Positions 1 to 13,470 of a stretch of DNA of 64,000 nucleotides are shown piece after piece; the first letter of the stretch is position 1, and every line of letters begins with the position of its first letter. The notes beneath the pieces were generated by a model, which was given only the letters and a program-made list of their open reading frames with translations, was not told the origin of the DNA and made no database searches. The position numbers were made by a program, and so were the translations under genes. The stretch comes from Octopus sinensis (Eukaryota): positions 35,402,001 to 35,466,000 of the forward strand of contig NC_043004.1 of assembly GCF_006345805.1 (NCBI RefSeq), read 5' to 3'.

Positions 1-60
1 AGTCCTTAGTCAAATTGTCCAGCCCATGCCAGCAGGGAAAGCGGATATATGATGATGATG
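1..60 (+). mobile_element. 3' tail fragment of RTE-clade LINE (cut by window start)
   Basis: ccagcccatgccagcagggaaagcgga followed by (GAT)n resembles the terminus of the RTE copy at 32912-36708. Confidence 0.8.
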
Positions 61-120
61 ACATACATATATATACACATGTATACATACATATATATGT
101 ATATACAAAGATATACACAT

Positions 121-181
<61 letters not shown>

Positions 182-312
182 CACATACATACACACATAT
201 ATATATACACATACATTATATATATATATATACACACACACACATATATATATACACATACATTATATATATATATATACACACACACACATATATATAT
301 CCATATATACAT
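61..312. repeat. compound (AT)n/(AC)n microsatellite
   Basis: directly visible; source of the YI-rich ORFs. Confidence 0.97.
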
Positions 313-589
313 AGTGAAACTATTAAAAGGGAAAGAATAAAAGTGAAACTATTAAAAGTGAAACAATATAAAAATGAAACTATTTATAATTTACTCCAAA
401 GGCTTCACTTTTATTTCTCAAGTTTTGAGACATAATACAGAACTACTGCCAATGTTGCATAGCTTTTATCCCATAAAATTACATGTTGACACTTATGGGG
501 CCTCATAGTATTACCGTGTAAAATTTGATTTGATTTGAATAGAGAATGCATTAGAAAGAGACAGGGATTAAAAAAGTATGGAAGATCCT

Positions 590-770
590 ACAGACAAAAA
601 AAACTATGTCCATTTAAGTCCATTTACGTGAGAGCTCTAGGCAGAATGTTATAGTGCATGACCATCCTTGGGACATAAGTAATGTGTGTGTAAAGTTTGG
701 TGGAAATTGGTTGAGAATTGTGAAAATGTATGTGTTAGTCATTATATACATGCATACTGTGATTTATATA
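590..770 (-). mobile_element. degraded non-autonomous Helitron/DINE-like repeat
   Basis: gtgtgtgtaaagtttggtggaaattggttgag resembles the internal motif of the Helitron-like copy at 36920-37288; ends not resolved. Confidence 0.35.
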
Positions 771-1071
<301 letters not shown>

Positions 1072-2600
1072 TCATTCTCCTCCTCCTCATCATTATTTTA
1101 ATGTTCCCTTTTCTATGCCAACATGGATTAGACGAAGCTTATTGAGATAGATTTTCCACAGTGAAATGCCCTTCCTGTTGGCAACCTTTACCTTCTTCCT
1201 CATCACCAGACATGTCTTTGTAGATTAATAGAAATCAATGACACTGCCTATACAACAGTGGAAATCATTTACAACAATCAAATGATATCAAGACTAAGAA
1301 ACAGTGAAACACACACACACATAGTTCCTCTTGCAAGCTACCACAATGGTTCAATGAAGGGTGATACTTATACTCAGACAAGTAGCCTGAACCAAAGTAA
1401 TAAGCATTTACACAGAAGCTGTGGGGTACCACTTGCATATTTTACAGCATACAAGTTGATGCAGAATAAAGTATAAACATGTTCTGTTAACATTTTAACA
1501 TCATTACTATCTTTCCAAATCTTGCAGCACTTCACCTGGAATTATAGGTCCTCCAAGATGACAATGCAGTCCGATGTCATCTTGGTGTCTAAGTCAACCC
1601 ACTTTGTTTTGCTGTAAAAATTTGGTCTGAAAAATTTGACTTGAATACCAGAAAATACAGTATATAATTTAAAAACTTCACAGCTTTATCAACAAAGAAT
1701 CAGCGCAACTGATGTAGAGACAAGGTTGTCAAATAAAGTGGGTTACATTACATTATTATTTCCTATATTATTAAGTTCAAATCCTCTGGATTAGATTTTA
1801 TTTCATGTTTGGGCAAGGCTCATAATTCTAAGTGCTTCAATTGACTTAAAGATCAACAAAATGTAACAAACTTTGGAGAATATTATCCATAATAGACAAG
1901 TGTATTATCCAAAGTGAGAGTCATCAACCACTATCCACTTAAAAACATGAAACCAAAACTAAATACCAACACTAGTAAGCCCCGTCCCCACTCCAGAGGA
2001 TTTGGAAAATATTTGTTTTTACATTAGTTTTACGTGTGTAAAACATGACGAAATCAAAACCCATTATGCTTCTTGTATACACTGAAAGACGCTTGTTAAT
2101 AATAGAGAAATCAATATATCTCTATAGACACAAGCTAAAATGAAAGCTTAGTCAGAACATAAGAAGATTTAACCACAGATATTTGTTTATTTGCAATGTT
2201 AGAGTTGTTCAGGAAATATCAGGAAAGAGAGCTAAGAAAGATGGATGGCAGTTGACACTTTAAAATCACACTCTACAAACACTTCCTCAGTTTTAACTGC
2301 AAAAGTGACCGAATGAGGAGTGAAACTTTACGGTAAAAGGTAATTTGTCAAAGTTATTCTCTAGATAAATCTCAAAGGAATTGGAGACTAGGAGGATGTT
2401 TAAAAATAATCACAATGCCTGTCTATAGTCTGATTTCAGTTTTGGTCTGTGTTTTTTGTTGTTTTTTTTTCCACCATGACAAATAGTATTTCTTCCTAAT
2501 CAGTGGCAAAACATACTTAGAATCAGTTAATCACACTGGGGCAGCAGCAGCAGCAGATATGGCAGCAAGTGATTTCTTTTGCAATGTTTGTGTAGATTGT

Positions 2601-2662
<62 letters not shown>

Positions 2663-2665
2663 TAA

Positions 2666-2740
<75 letters not shown>

Positions 2741-4262
2741 TCATTCTCCTCCTCCTCATCATTATTTTAATGTTCCCTTTTCTATGCCAACATGGATTAG
2801 ACGAAGCTTATTGAGATAGATTTTCCACAGTGAAATGCCCTTCCTGTTGGCAACCTTTACCTTCTTCCTCATCACCAGACATGTCTTTGTAGATTAATAG
2901 AAATCAATGACACTGCCTATACAACACTGGAAATCATTTACAACAATCAAATGATATCAAGACTAAGAAACAGTGAAACACACACACACATAGTTCCTCT
3001 TGCAAGCTACCACAATGGTTCAATGAAGGGTGATACTTATACTCAGACAAGTAGCCTGAACCAAAGTAATAAGCATTTACACAGAAGCTGTGGGGTACCA
3101 CTTGCATATTTTACAGCATACAAGTTGATGCAGAATAAAGTATAAACATGTTCTGTTAACATTTTAACATCATTACTATCTTTCCAAATCTTGCAGCACT
3201 TCACCTGGAATTATAGGTCCTCCAAGATGACAATGCAGTCCGATGTCATCTTGGTGTCTAAGTCAACCCACTTTGTTTTGCTGTAAAAATTTGGTCTGAA
3301 AAATTTGACTTGAATACCAGAAAATACAGTATATAATTTAAAAACTTCACAGCTTTATCAACAAAGAATCAGCGCAACTGATGTAGAGACAAGGTTGTCA
3401 AATAAAGTGGGTTACATTACATTATTATTTCCTATATTATTAAGTTCAAATCCTCTGGATTAGATTTTATTTCATGTTTGGGCAAGGCTCATAATTCTAA
3501 GTGCTTCAATTGACTTAAAGATCAACAAAATGTAACAAACTTTGGAGAATATTATCCATAATAGACAAGTGTATTATCCAAAGTGAGAGTCATCAACCAC
3601 TATCCACTTAAAAACATGAAACCAAAACTAAATACCAACACTAGTAAGCCCCGTCCCCACTCCAGAGGATTTGGAAAATATTTGTTTTTACATTAGTTTT
3701 ACGTGTGTAAAACATGACGAAATCAAAACCCATTTATGCTTCTTGTATACACTGAAAGACGCTTGTTAATAATAGAGAAATCAATATATCTCTATAGACA
3801 CAAGCTAAAATGAAAGCTTAGTCAGAACATAAGAAGATTTAACCACAGATATTTGTTTATTTGCAATGTTAGAGTTGTTCAGGAAATATCAGGAAAGAGA
3901 GCTAAGAAAGATGGATGGCAGTTGACACTTTAAAATCACACTCTACAAACACTTCCTCAGTTTTAACTGCAAAAGTGACCGAATGAGGAGTGAAACTTTA
4001 CGGTAAAAGGTAATTTGTCAAAGTTATTCTCTAGATAAATCTCAAAGAAATTGGAGACTAGGAGGATGTTTAAAAATAATCACAATGCCTGTCTATAGTC
4101 TGATTTCAGTTTTGGTCTGTGTTTTTTGTTGTTTTTTTTTCCACCATGACAAATAGTATTTCTTCCTAATCAGTGGCAAAACATACTTAGAATCAGTTAA
4201 TCACACTGGGGCAGCAGCAGCAGATATGGCAGCAAGTGATTTCTTTTGCAATGTTTGTGTAG

Positions 4263-4304
<42 letters not shown>

Positions 4305-4348
4305 CACATGTACTCATACATACATGCTACATACTTAAATATATGCAA

Positions 4349-4388
<40 letters not shown>

Positions 4389-5489
4389 GCAAACACATAC
4401 ATATATTTAAATGTGGTGCTCAAGCATGGCCTCAAATGTAATGATTAGAAATAACATAAAGCACACACAGATACATATATGCTTACACATACATCTCTCC
4501 ACACACACACACACACACACAATCATATGTGTATGAAAGAAGCTAAGACCGAGCAGTAAATTAGATTGGGAAGGAATTAAAAACAAAACTCAGAATGAAG
4601 TCTTTTATTTTGTAAGAAATTTTGGGAAGAGAATCCTTCACTTTTAATCCACTGAAGATTCTTTTGTCTACGATTCTTGACAAAATAGCATATCAACAAA
4701 AGAGAGCACTACAAGAGCCCTGGCATCTAACCATTATGGTAATAATGGTGATGATGATAGCGTGTGTCTCTATGTTCATTTATTTACACTGATGCCAGAA
4801 AGTTATCTGTGGCCACACTGGAGCAATACCATCAACATTGCTGTTATTTTTCACTATACGTTTGGTATTTAATGCAGCTCTTGTTCTCTCCTTTGTTGTA
4901 ATGCCACTTCATGAAGCATCTTACACAGCAGAATGTCCAAGGGTCCTTTGGAATTATTGCTTCCTTACTTATGCACCAAATATTTGTGAAAAAAAAAATG
5001 TTGATCCCTTGAATTCAAAGCTATTACTTAACCCAGTCTAGAGCTTGTGGGATGTTAACCATTATAAAATGGCGGCCAAATCTGAGATTAGCATGTTGTT
5101 TTAATGATAATGTTTAGCTTAAGCACCTCTCTAAGATCTTCAAGATATAAGCTATTAAAAATTTTTTTTGTTTTTTAATCTTGTAAGTAGAATCTTAAAG
5201 TTTTCTCAAATAGCTCAGTTATAGAATATAGATAACCTGCTTCATCTAAGATTATTGTATAGACTCTTGTTCAGATGTGTCACTGAGACTCTTGGAAGAC
5301 CAAAGCTCAAAGCTATAAGCCAGATGACTGAAAAACATGTCTCTTCCACAAAACAATTATAATGTCTTGCTCTATTTTCCTAAATGTTCTCAGGATCCAT
5401 TCCCTGAGTCTACCCACTAATGGCACTCCACTGCTTATGATGACGCATGCACCAGATGATCCAAAAAATAGAACAGCCATGAATTTAAT

Positions 5490-5580
5490 GTGCAAGTGGC
5501 TGAGCACTCCACAAGCACATCTACCCTTAAACATGGTTCTCAGCATGACACAGGATGTGACAAGGCTGGCCATTTTCAAT
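5490..5580 (+). repeat. dispersed repeat fragment, unclassified (related copy at 16822-16932)
   Basis: gtggctgagcactccac...gtgacaaggctggcc shared with 16822-16932. Confidence 0.65.
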
Positions 5581-5830
5581 AGCCAGTATTGCTATCTGAA
5601 TTACATGAATTAAATGATTCCACCTCTAGACATTCTAATCCTAACTGGCAGCTCTCTGTATTCAGATTTCAGTTAAGAATGTTACAAAGTTTTAATAACG
5701 AAATGGTTGGCACAAAGGTATCTCTGTAGATTGCTGACAATATCAGTACTCATAATTGCTATTTGTTAATTAATTATCAATAATAATATAATTACAGCAA
5801 TTACAGTTCTCCAAGGCACAAAAGGGTACT

Positions 5831-6055
5831 ATTTGTTTCTTTATTACCCACAAGGGGCTAAACATAGAGGGGACAAACAAGGACAGACAAAGGGATTAAG
5901 TCGATTACATTGACCCCAGTGCGTAACTGGTACTTAATTTATCGACCCCAAAAGGATGAAAGGCAAAGTCGACCTCGGCGGAATTTGAACTCAGAATGTA
6001 ACGGCAGATGAAATATGGCTACGCATTTCGCCCGGCGTGCTAACGGTTCTGCCAG
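5831..6055 (-). mobile_element. tRNA-derived SINE with Nin/Deu-like central domain
   Basis: reverse complement has a B-box-like gagttcaaattcc and gcctttcatcctt..ggtcgataaattaagtaccag; near-identical copies at 42376-42605 and 48326-48560. Confidence 0.88.
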
Positions 6056-7374
6056 GGTACTATTGCCAACAACAGCATGATTTTTTTCTGTCCTTAGGAA
6101 AGACACAAAATACCTGTTCCAATTTTCTAATTATGCTGATATTGTGTATTGTGTATCAATATATAAAAATCAACTTTGTTAAAAGTTTTTTTCCACTGGT
6201 TGAGTGGCCAGTTCCGTATTTTTTCACAATGCTGAAAAACCTGAAGCAGCTGTTTACTATTCCAAAACAGCTTAGTAAACTAAAACAATGTAGAATTAGA
6301 ATCCCTAAGAAAATTCTTCAGCTTTAGATCTGTAGAATTTATGAGAGGAATAAGTGGCAGTGCTGCTATCAGAAATAAGAGTTTGGTAATGAAATCTAGC
6401 AATGACAAAGCATTTACGAACTGCTTAAAACTTTATCAAGCAGGTAAGGAGAAAAAAATTTGTTTGGAATGCTATCTATGGAAAGAAAATAGGTTTATCC
6501 TATTAACAGCATGCAATAATGTTATTAGCGCAAAGAGTAATTCAGAACCATTTTGCAGATATTAGCTGTATTGTCCTAGCATAATTTGTTTGTGAAACAT
6601 TTGTTGCTCTCTGGAAGACTGTAGTGAATAAAGAAACACTTCAGAACAATGCCAGGTATAATGTGATTGTTTCTCTCACTATAATTAACTGTAAAAAGCA
6701 CATCCGCAGTCACAGGTAAATCACAAATATTTTGAACAATTTGCTGTTTTTAACAACTCAAACAAATTATTATTGTCTCACCAGTTTATAAAGAAGTAAG
6801 TTGATGAGATAGCATGGTTAAACAGTAAAACAGTTGGATATTTTGACAAGGGTGTTAGAAAAGTATCAAGATTCATGCAGAAAATATATTAGATCAGGAT
6901 TTAAGGAATAAGGGAGGTGTATGGAAAGTGGATGTGAGACACAGCAAGACAGCATTGTTATGAACTGTGAGCGTTAAAGAAACAAAATGTAAATAATTAA
7001 AGAAAGAGAAATATTTTCATTTAAATGAAAACAAAACAAGAAAACAGATTGCTTAAAAGTGACCAGATTGTATTTTCTGGCAATTTAGTCATCACCTGAT
7101 TGATTTATGTTAGTCCCCTGCATTTTAAAAAATTTTGTTTGGTTTCTGTCGATTGTGATGAGGAATAAGCTGCTCTATAGAATGTTATTAATGACAAAGT
7201 GTTTATATATCTCTGTGCATTGTTTTTGTTTGTTGAGCATTGAAGTGTATTTAGATATTAGTATTGATTCCATTGTTAGACGTCAACTGTGAGACGGTCT
7301 ACAGAGAATAGTTGAACATGAAGAGTTGCCTATCAATAAGTGTTACTACATATTGTGTTTTGTCAAATAATGTG

Positions 7375-7405
<31 letters not shown>

Positions 7406-7664
7406 GCAGAGACTTGTGGATGGCAATTTGAAAATCACATTCTACCCCATCATTCAAAGTCTAGAAATATTGTCATGTAAGTTTGAATTATGAAAATGCT
7501 CTTAGTTTAATGTGGATGTGCTTCGCATACATAATGCAAAATAATAATATTACTTGCAAGTAAACATGAGCAAATAAAATAAATAACAATTGAAGAAGAT
7601 ACATTTCTTGGTATGACGTCTGAAACAAAAAAACAAATAAATTGGTGTTTCTCATTCATTGCGT

Positions 7665-7704
7665 GTGTATGTACGTATGTAGATAGACAGACAGACAGAT
7701 GGAA

Positions 7705-7747
<43 letters not shown>

Positions 7748-7748
7748 T

Positions 7749-7809
<61 letters not shown>

Positions 7810-7810
7810 T
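7665..7810. repeat. compound (AGAC)/(AT)n/(AGAT)n microsatellite
   Basis: directly visible. Confidence 0.95.
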
Positions 7811-8685
7811 TTGTGTATATATGTTTTGTGTGTGTGTGTTCATGTTTGTGTAAGCTAACAATAAAGGGAGAAAATATATTAAAGCAATATGACTTACCCC
7901 GGACACAACAAAATATAAATATACAGCTATCATCATGAAATATATATGTATAAAATAAAGACAAATATATGAAAATATGAATGAGATATTGGTCAATGCC
8001 CTCAGTGATGCACTCACCAAAAAAAAAAAAATTTTTTTAAATAAGATAAAAGTCATTGCAGCAGAGAGTTTGAATTGAATACCTCAGAATTGATGATCAT
8101 CCCACACCTTAACTAATTAATTATTCTACTTTTATTATTTGCATATTTTGCATTTATTTGGAGAAACTCATTTATTTCTCATGGTTTGTTATTTCTAATC
8201 ATTTTAGTTATTTAAATAAAGAAATGCTTTATACTTCAATATTCCGAGGTGGACAACAATTGTATGTCACTCATCAAGTAGAAAGATCATTGTGAAAGAT
8301 AAATTGACAATCATCATCGTTTTATGTGTTACCATATTCTAGCAAACTGAGGCCAACGAAGCTGGAGACTATTTCAATGTTTGTTCTTTGAATATTTTCT
8401 CATTTTCAGTGTCCTTTAGGTTAATTTGTCTTTCATTTATAAACCTTTCATTTTTTTATGTTGATGTCTTCCAGGGAAGAAACTATTTCCTGTTTGCTCT
8501 CCATTGAGAAAATCCAAATTATGGAGACTGAATAAGTTTTTTTAAAATTTCTTTTATTCTTTGACTAGTTTCAGTTACTGAACTGTGACCGTGCTGGAAC
8601 ACAGTTGATTGATTTTTGTTAAACATAAATCACCCCAGTCTGTTTTGTAATTATTGAGTTTGATTATGAATTATTTAATATGTGA

Positions 8686-9011
8686 AAGCACATGGCTCAG
8701 TGGTCTGAGCAGCGAACTTACGATTGTGAGTTCGATTCCCAAATTGGGCTGTGTGTTGTGTTCTTGAGCAAGACACTTTATTTCACGTTGCTCCGGTTAA
8801 CTCAGTTGTAGAAATGAGTTGCAATGTCACAGATGCCATCAGTATCGGTCCCTTTGCCTTTCCCTTGGATGACATCAGTGGTGTGGAGAGGGGAGGCTGG
8901 TATACATGGACGACTGCTGGCCTTCTACAAATAACCTTGTCCGGATTTGTGCCTCTGAGGGTAACTTTCTAAGTGCAATCCCATGGTCATTCATGACCAA
9001 AGGGGATCTCC
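8686..9011 (+). mobile_element. tRNA-derived SINE (CORE/Meta-like middle domain)
   Basis: A box tggctcagtgg, B box gagttcgattccc, then gtgttcttgagcaagacacttta...ctcagttgtagaaatgagt. Confidence 0.8.
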
Positions 9012-9311
9012 TATTTAATTCAATTTTGATTATGAATTATTCAATGTCTAAGATTCTAAGACATACTTTATTTAGTATATAGACATTTTGAAAATCATTC
9101 TTGAAATGTAATGTAGTAACTAATGCCTATTGCAGATAACATAAACTATGGAATTCTCATTCTGTACAAACCAACTACAAAGTAATTGCAATGATATTAT
9201 CAACCCAAATATGCTTGATGCCCATTTGATCTGGGGAACAAGCCACTCATTGCTTTTTGTCATGGAGAATATATCTCACTTGTTGACAAATGGTGTGTAT
9301 ACACCTTGATA

Positions 9312-9409
9312 AGCTCACAGTGTCATCTACCTAGACTGTGAGATGCTGGTATTTCAGAGCAGTTATCTCCTCATCAGTGACAGACACTAGGCAGATGACA
9401 CTATGAGCT
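9312..9409 (-). ncRNA. type I hammerhead ribozyme motif (core 9336-9383) inside a 23-bp terminal stem
   Basis: minus strand reads CUGUCA-CUGAUGA-GGAG AUAACUG CUCU-GAAA-U ACCAGC A-UC-UCACAG: intact CUGAUGA and GAAA cores, 4-bp stem II, 2-bp stem III, AUC cleavage triplet, 5/6-bp stem I. Arms 9312-9334 and 9387-9409 pair with two G-U wobbles. Confidence 0.65.
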
Positions 9410-10309
9410 GAATTATGAGCTTTTCCAGTCACCGTACAAGAACTGGTAGCACTCTACATAAAAGAAGTACAAATGCAACCCTTGAAAGGGCCTTAGCATT
9501 GCCAACAACAGGCATCATTCAGAAGTTTCAATGAGATGAGCTTCAAATAAACAGTTTGTATGAAAAGAATTTTAAAAAGAAAACAAGAAGGCAAAATATT
9601 TGCAAGGATATACTTAGATATATTTAGAATTGGATGATTTAATTATAATGGAAGTGTCAGGATAGAAGGACTGGTGCATTTAGCTAAATAGGATCAGAAC
9701 TTGGAGGCCAGAGAAATATGAAATAAAATTCTGAAACCGGTCATTCATAAGAATTTCTAAACAGGGTTTCTTTGAGGAAAGGGGTCTTTTTTTATCTTCT
9801 ATGATGAAATTTGTTAAGAGGTAAACAAGTTGTTTTCATCTTGTAACTTCCATATTTTCTGTCATTAATTCTGTATGTCATAAAGACATATTACTAAAAA
9901 AAAGAATAAGCTGTTGATATAAAATAATGAAACTGACCAACACTGAACTAATATTATTGAATTATTGCTAGTAAATTACATTTGAGATTTGCTGACCATA
10001 AAAATTCTTTTATTTAATGTATAGACGTATAATTTTCTGTGACATGGTCCATAGTTGTGTTACAGTTGTGTCAGGAATTTGGTTTTGAGAGTTCATAGTA
10101 TTATTTTGTGCATTTCATAATTAGGGAAATATTATTATCTTTTTCACAGACTGCTTTTAACACCATCCCAACTGTCATTTGGCTTGTAATTAAGCGGTTC
10201 TTTTCACTGATTTGTGCCCCAATTATGGCCAGATTTGGTGTAAATTTTTTAACTGCATTACAAAAATAGCAACTGTCACCTTCCTTAATGTTACCAGTCC
10301 CCTTGAAAC

Positions 10310-10478
10310 TGCCCCTGGGTAAACCTCCTGTTTTAAAGTGATCTAAATTGAAACCTTCATGGTACTGTTCCAAACACTAGCTTAGTAATGACAAAGTTAT
10401 TTTGCTAAATTCTACATTATTTTCAAAATTAATTGAAACCAAGGCGGTGTATTTCACTAGAATATGGTAACAAAATGG
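10310..10478. mobile_element. remnant of piggyBac-type MITE
   Basis: ends atatggtaacaaaatgg|TTAA and resembles the elements at 25570-25752 and 41698-42119. Confidence 0.6.
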
Positions 10479-11290
10479 TTAATATTCTTCAAAATCTTGA
10501 CCTCAATAAATTCAATGAAAATAATACCCAACCTATTCTTCAACACAATCGACTTCTCCTTACCTTCCCTCAATTTCAATGTCTTTTGTTTACTTATTCC
10601 CACCTCTTTCATCAACCCCATTACCTTATTTCTTAAAATTTTGCTCCAAAATATTACAACACTGTCTCTTCTCTTTCTGAAAAGAATCCTCCTTGGAATT
10701 TACTCAATAACTAAAATTAAAAATTCTATTTTTATAAAAACATTAAAAAGATTTTGATTACTTCTGGTTGAATAAGGCATTAAAATAATCTTGAAGAGCC
10801 AGTCAAAGCTAAAATAAATAGACTCCAGCTTTAATGCTGATCATCTCCTTCCATCAGTAAATAGTCTGTTGTGATTTTTTAGAATTCCTTCAAATTATTA
10901 ACAACCTCAAAATTAAAACTTGCATGCATGTGCATGAGTGTGTGTGTTTGTGTGTGTGTGAGTTTGTGTCTGTATGTGTATGTTTGTGCATGTGTGTGTG
11001 TCTGTATCTGTATGCGTGTGTGTGCATGTGTGTGTGTGTATGTGTGTCCTTGATTTTACTGTAAACAATAGTTGTAATTAAGTGCCAATGTCTTAAGTGT
11101 AATGTCATCCATTTCCAATCTTCTGTGAAAACATATTTGGTTATAAGAAACTATTATTTTCCTTGGAAACAGGTGAAGGTTGGTGACAGGAGGGACACCC
11201 AACCAATGAATATCTGCCTCAACAAATTACATCTGACACATGCAAGCATTAAAAAGCGGACATTATGGACATTATAGTGATAAGGATGAT

Positions 11291-11340
<50 letters not shown>

Positions 11341-11341
<1 letters not shown>

Positions 11342-11547
11342 GGGTGGCACATAATGTGCGGATGGCACATAAAAAGCACCCACTACACTCATGGAGTGGT
11401 TGGTGTTAGGAAGGGCATCCAGCCGTAGAAACACTGCCAGATCTGACTGGGCCTGATGCAGCCTTCCGGCTTCACAGACCCCAGTTGAACCGTCCAACCC
11501 ATGCTAGCATGGAAAACGGACACTAAATGATGATGATGATGATGATG
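11341..11547 (+). mobile_element. 5'-truncated RTE 3' tail between (AT)n tracts
   Basis: aaaagcacccactacactc...ccaacccatgctagcatggaaaacggac then (GAT)n. Confidence 0.92.
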
Positions 11548-11583
<36 letters not shown>

Positions 11584-11595
11584 TTATATATATAT

Positions 11596-11850
11596 TATAT
11601 TCTGTTGTGTCTGGGGAGAGTCATTTTCTTTTTGTGCCTTATAATGTAACACACTCACCGGTAAAATTTCCACTTTTTTAGGAAAATAAAAATAAGAAAA
11701 AAGTGGAAATTTTACCGGTGTGTGTGTTACACAATAAGGCACAAAAATAAAATGACTCTCCCCAGACACAACAGAATATACTTCAACCCACAAACTCATA
11801 TAAAGAATCTTGCAAACCAAATCCAAAAACGAAATATATATTATATATAA
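11596..11850. mobile_element. fold-back element: ~185-bp palindrome plus ~60-bp asymmetric tail
   Basis: tatattctgttgtgtctggggagag...ctctccccagacacaacagaatata with ~80-bp arms; second copy in opposite orientation at 19205-19455 shares the tail. Confidence 0.85.
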
Positions 11851-11861
11851 TATATTATATA

Positions 11862-12480
11862 CAGCGTCTGATCAATAAGTATCCGTACTGTTGCCATAGT
11901 ACTGAAGCTAAAGCATGCAGAGTAAATCCACTTGGCACAGATTGACCTTGAACTCTGATGTGCATGTGCTCTAGGTTTTAATGTTCTAGCTCACTTTCAC
12001 TGCTTATTGTAGTGCTTGGAAGGTGAGTAGTGTGTGATCGTTGCATTGACCATGACAGAGAAAGTTGTCATGGCAATACCAGCTCAGAGGCCTGTGCAAA
12101 GCTGCAGAAAGTGTATGGAGAGGAGTGTATGAGCCAGACACAAGTGTTCGAGTAGTTCAGATGTTTCCAAGATGGCCGAAAACATGTCGATATTGACAAA
12201 CGTTCTGGGACACCTGCAAGTAACAGAACTGAGAAAAATCATCACAGATGTGCATGCAGCTGTGAGGAGAAATTGTTGAATCACCAACCATGAGGTTTCA
12301 GAGGATGTCCAGATTAGTTAAGATTCTTTACGGTCCATTGTCACTGAAGATTTGGGTATAAGACGTGTGTCTCCCAAGTTTGTGCCAAAACTGCTTTCAG
12401 TTGACCAAAAGGGCACACAGGTTTCAGTTGCACAAGATCTCCTTGATTGTGATGAGATCGATTAAAACTTTTTGAAAACT
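11862..12480 (+). mobile_element. mariner element, 5' part (TIR plus decayed transposase N-terminus)
   Basis: TA|cagcgtctgatcaataagtatccg TIR; translation gives KLQKVYGEECMSQTQVFE*FRCFQDGRKHVDIDKRSG...EDLGIRRVSPKFVPKLL with stops. Confidence 0.88.
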
Positions 12481-12989
12481 TTGCGTAGGCCTCTGGGCAG
12501 GTATCACAAAGCTTTTGGCAAAATTTGATGCAGATTTTCTGCTCAACTTCCTCTGTAAGCAGCAGACATGCACTAGAACATTAAAATTTAATGCAAATAC
12601 ACAAGAGAATTCAAGGTCCGCTTTCCATGGGTTGGACAGATTGACTGCAGGCTGGCAAGTCAGAAGGCTGCACTTAGCTCCAATCTGATATTTATCTGCA
12701 TGTATATACATACGTATATTTTGGAGGGATTAGTTCAAATTTTTACCTTTGCAAAATCCAATCGCTAACAAAACCAATGGGGTTTGTGGTTACCTGAATT
12801 TGTTGATGTATGCATGTATATGCTGGTGTTGTGAGTATATGTTTGTGCATAGGTGTATGAATATGTGTGTGGGTATATGGGCAAGAGGTAGCCAAACAAA
12901 ATCTGTGCATCAAACAAAAACACTATAGGGTTTTTAGTCCTAGTTATGTCCCTTTTTGCCTTTGACAATTTTGTCCTTTGTGTGATATA

Positions 12990-13470
12990 ATATAATAATG
13001 AAATTATTGTATACAGTGCTCAGGTGCACCACAACTTGTGAAAAGTGTGTATAAAGCATATGCAGTAATGTACAAATGTCTGGAAAGTGAACTGTGTATG
13101 AGTCAGATACATGCTTGCGTATATATAGAGGGGAGAAAATCAGGTGTAGTGTTAGTGAATCTCAGGAAGCATGGAAGTTTTGAAGGATGCAGTGCTCCAA
13201 CAACTAACAACTGATGCTAGCAGTTTGTTCCATGCTTGAAAAACTCTGGGCGTGAAAAATTGTTTCTGAAAGTCATGGGAGCTGTGCTGTTTTCTGACCT
13301 TGTAAACATGTCCATGGGTGTTAGACAGATGGAGTTTGAAAAGTTATTGTTTGTAAGATGGTTAATAATTTTATGGGTGCTTGCTAAGTCAACTGCCAGA
13401 CGTCGGAGTTTCAATGTATCCATGCCCAGGGAAGTAAGGCATTCAGAGTATGGCAAATGCCAGATGGAGG
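12990..13470 (-). mobile_element. CR1/L2-clade LINE 3' fragment
   Basis: ORF 13217-13456 PYSECLTSLGMDTLKLRRLAVDLASTHKII matches the CR1 ORF2 C-terminal pattern LPY..RL..L.L.TL..RRL..DL...KI. Confidence 0.8.

Noticed and set aside
8686-8745. tRNA-like A/B boxes (also 55080-55152 and 63513-63575)
   Set aside because: SINE heads continuing into SINE bodies; no full cloverleaf.
10101-10373. 90-aa minus-strand ORF
   Set aside because: The N-terminal part comes from a MITE remnant; the rest has no recognisable motif or good donor.
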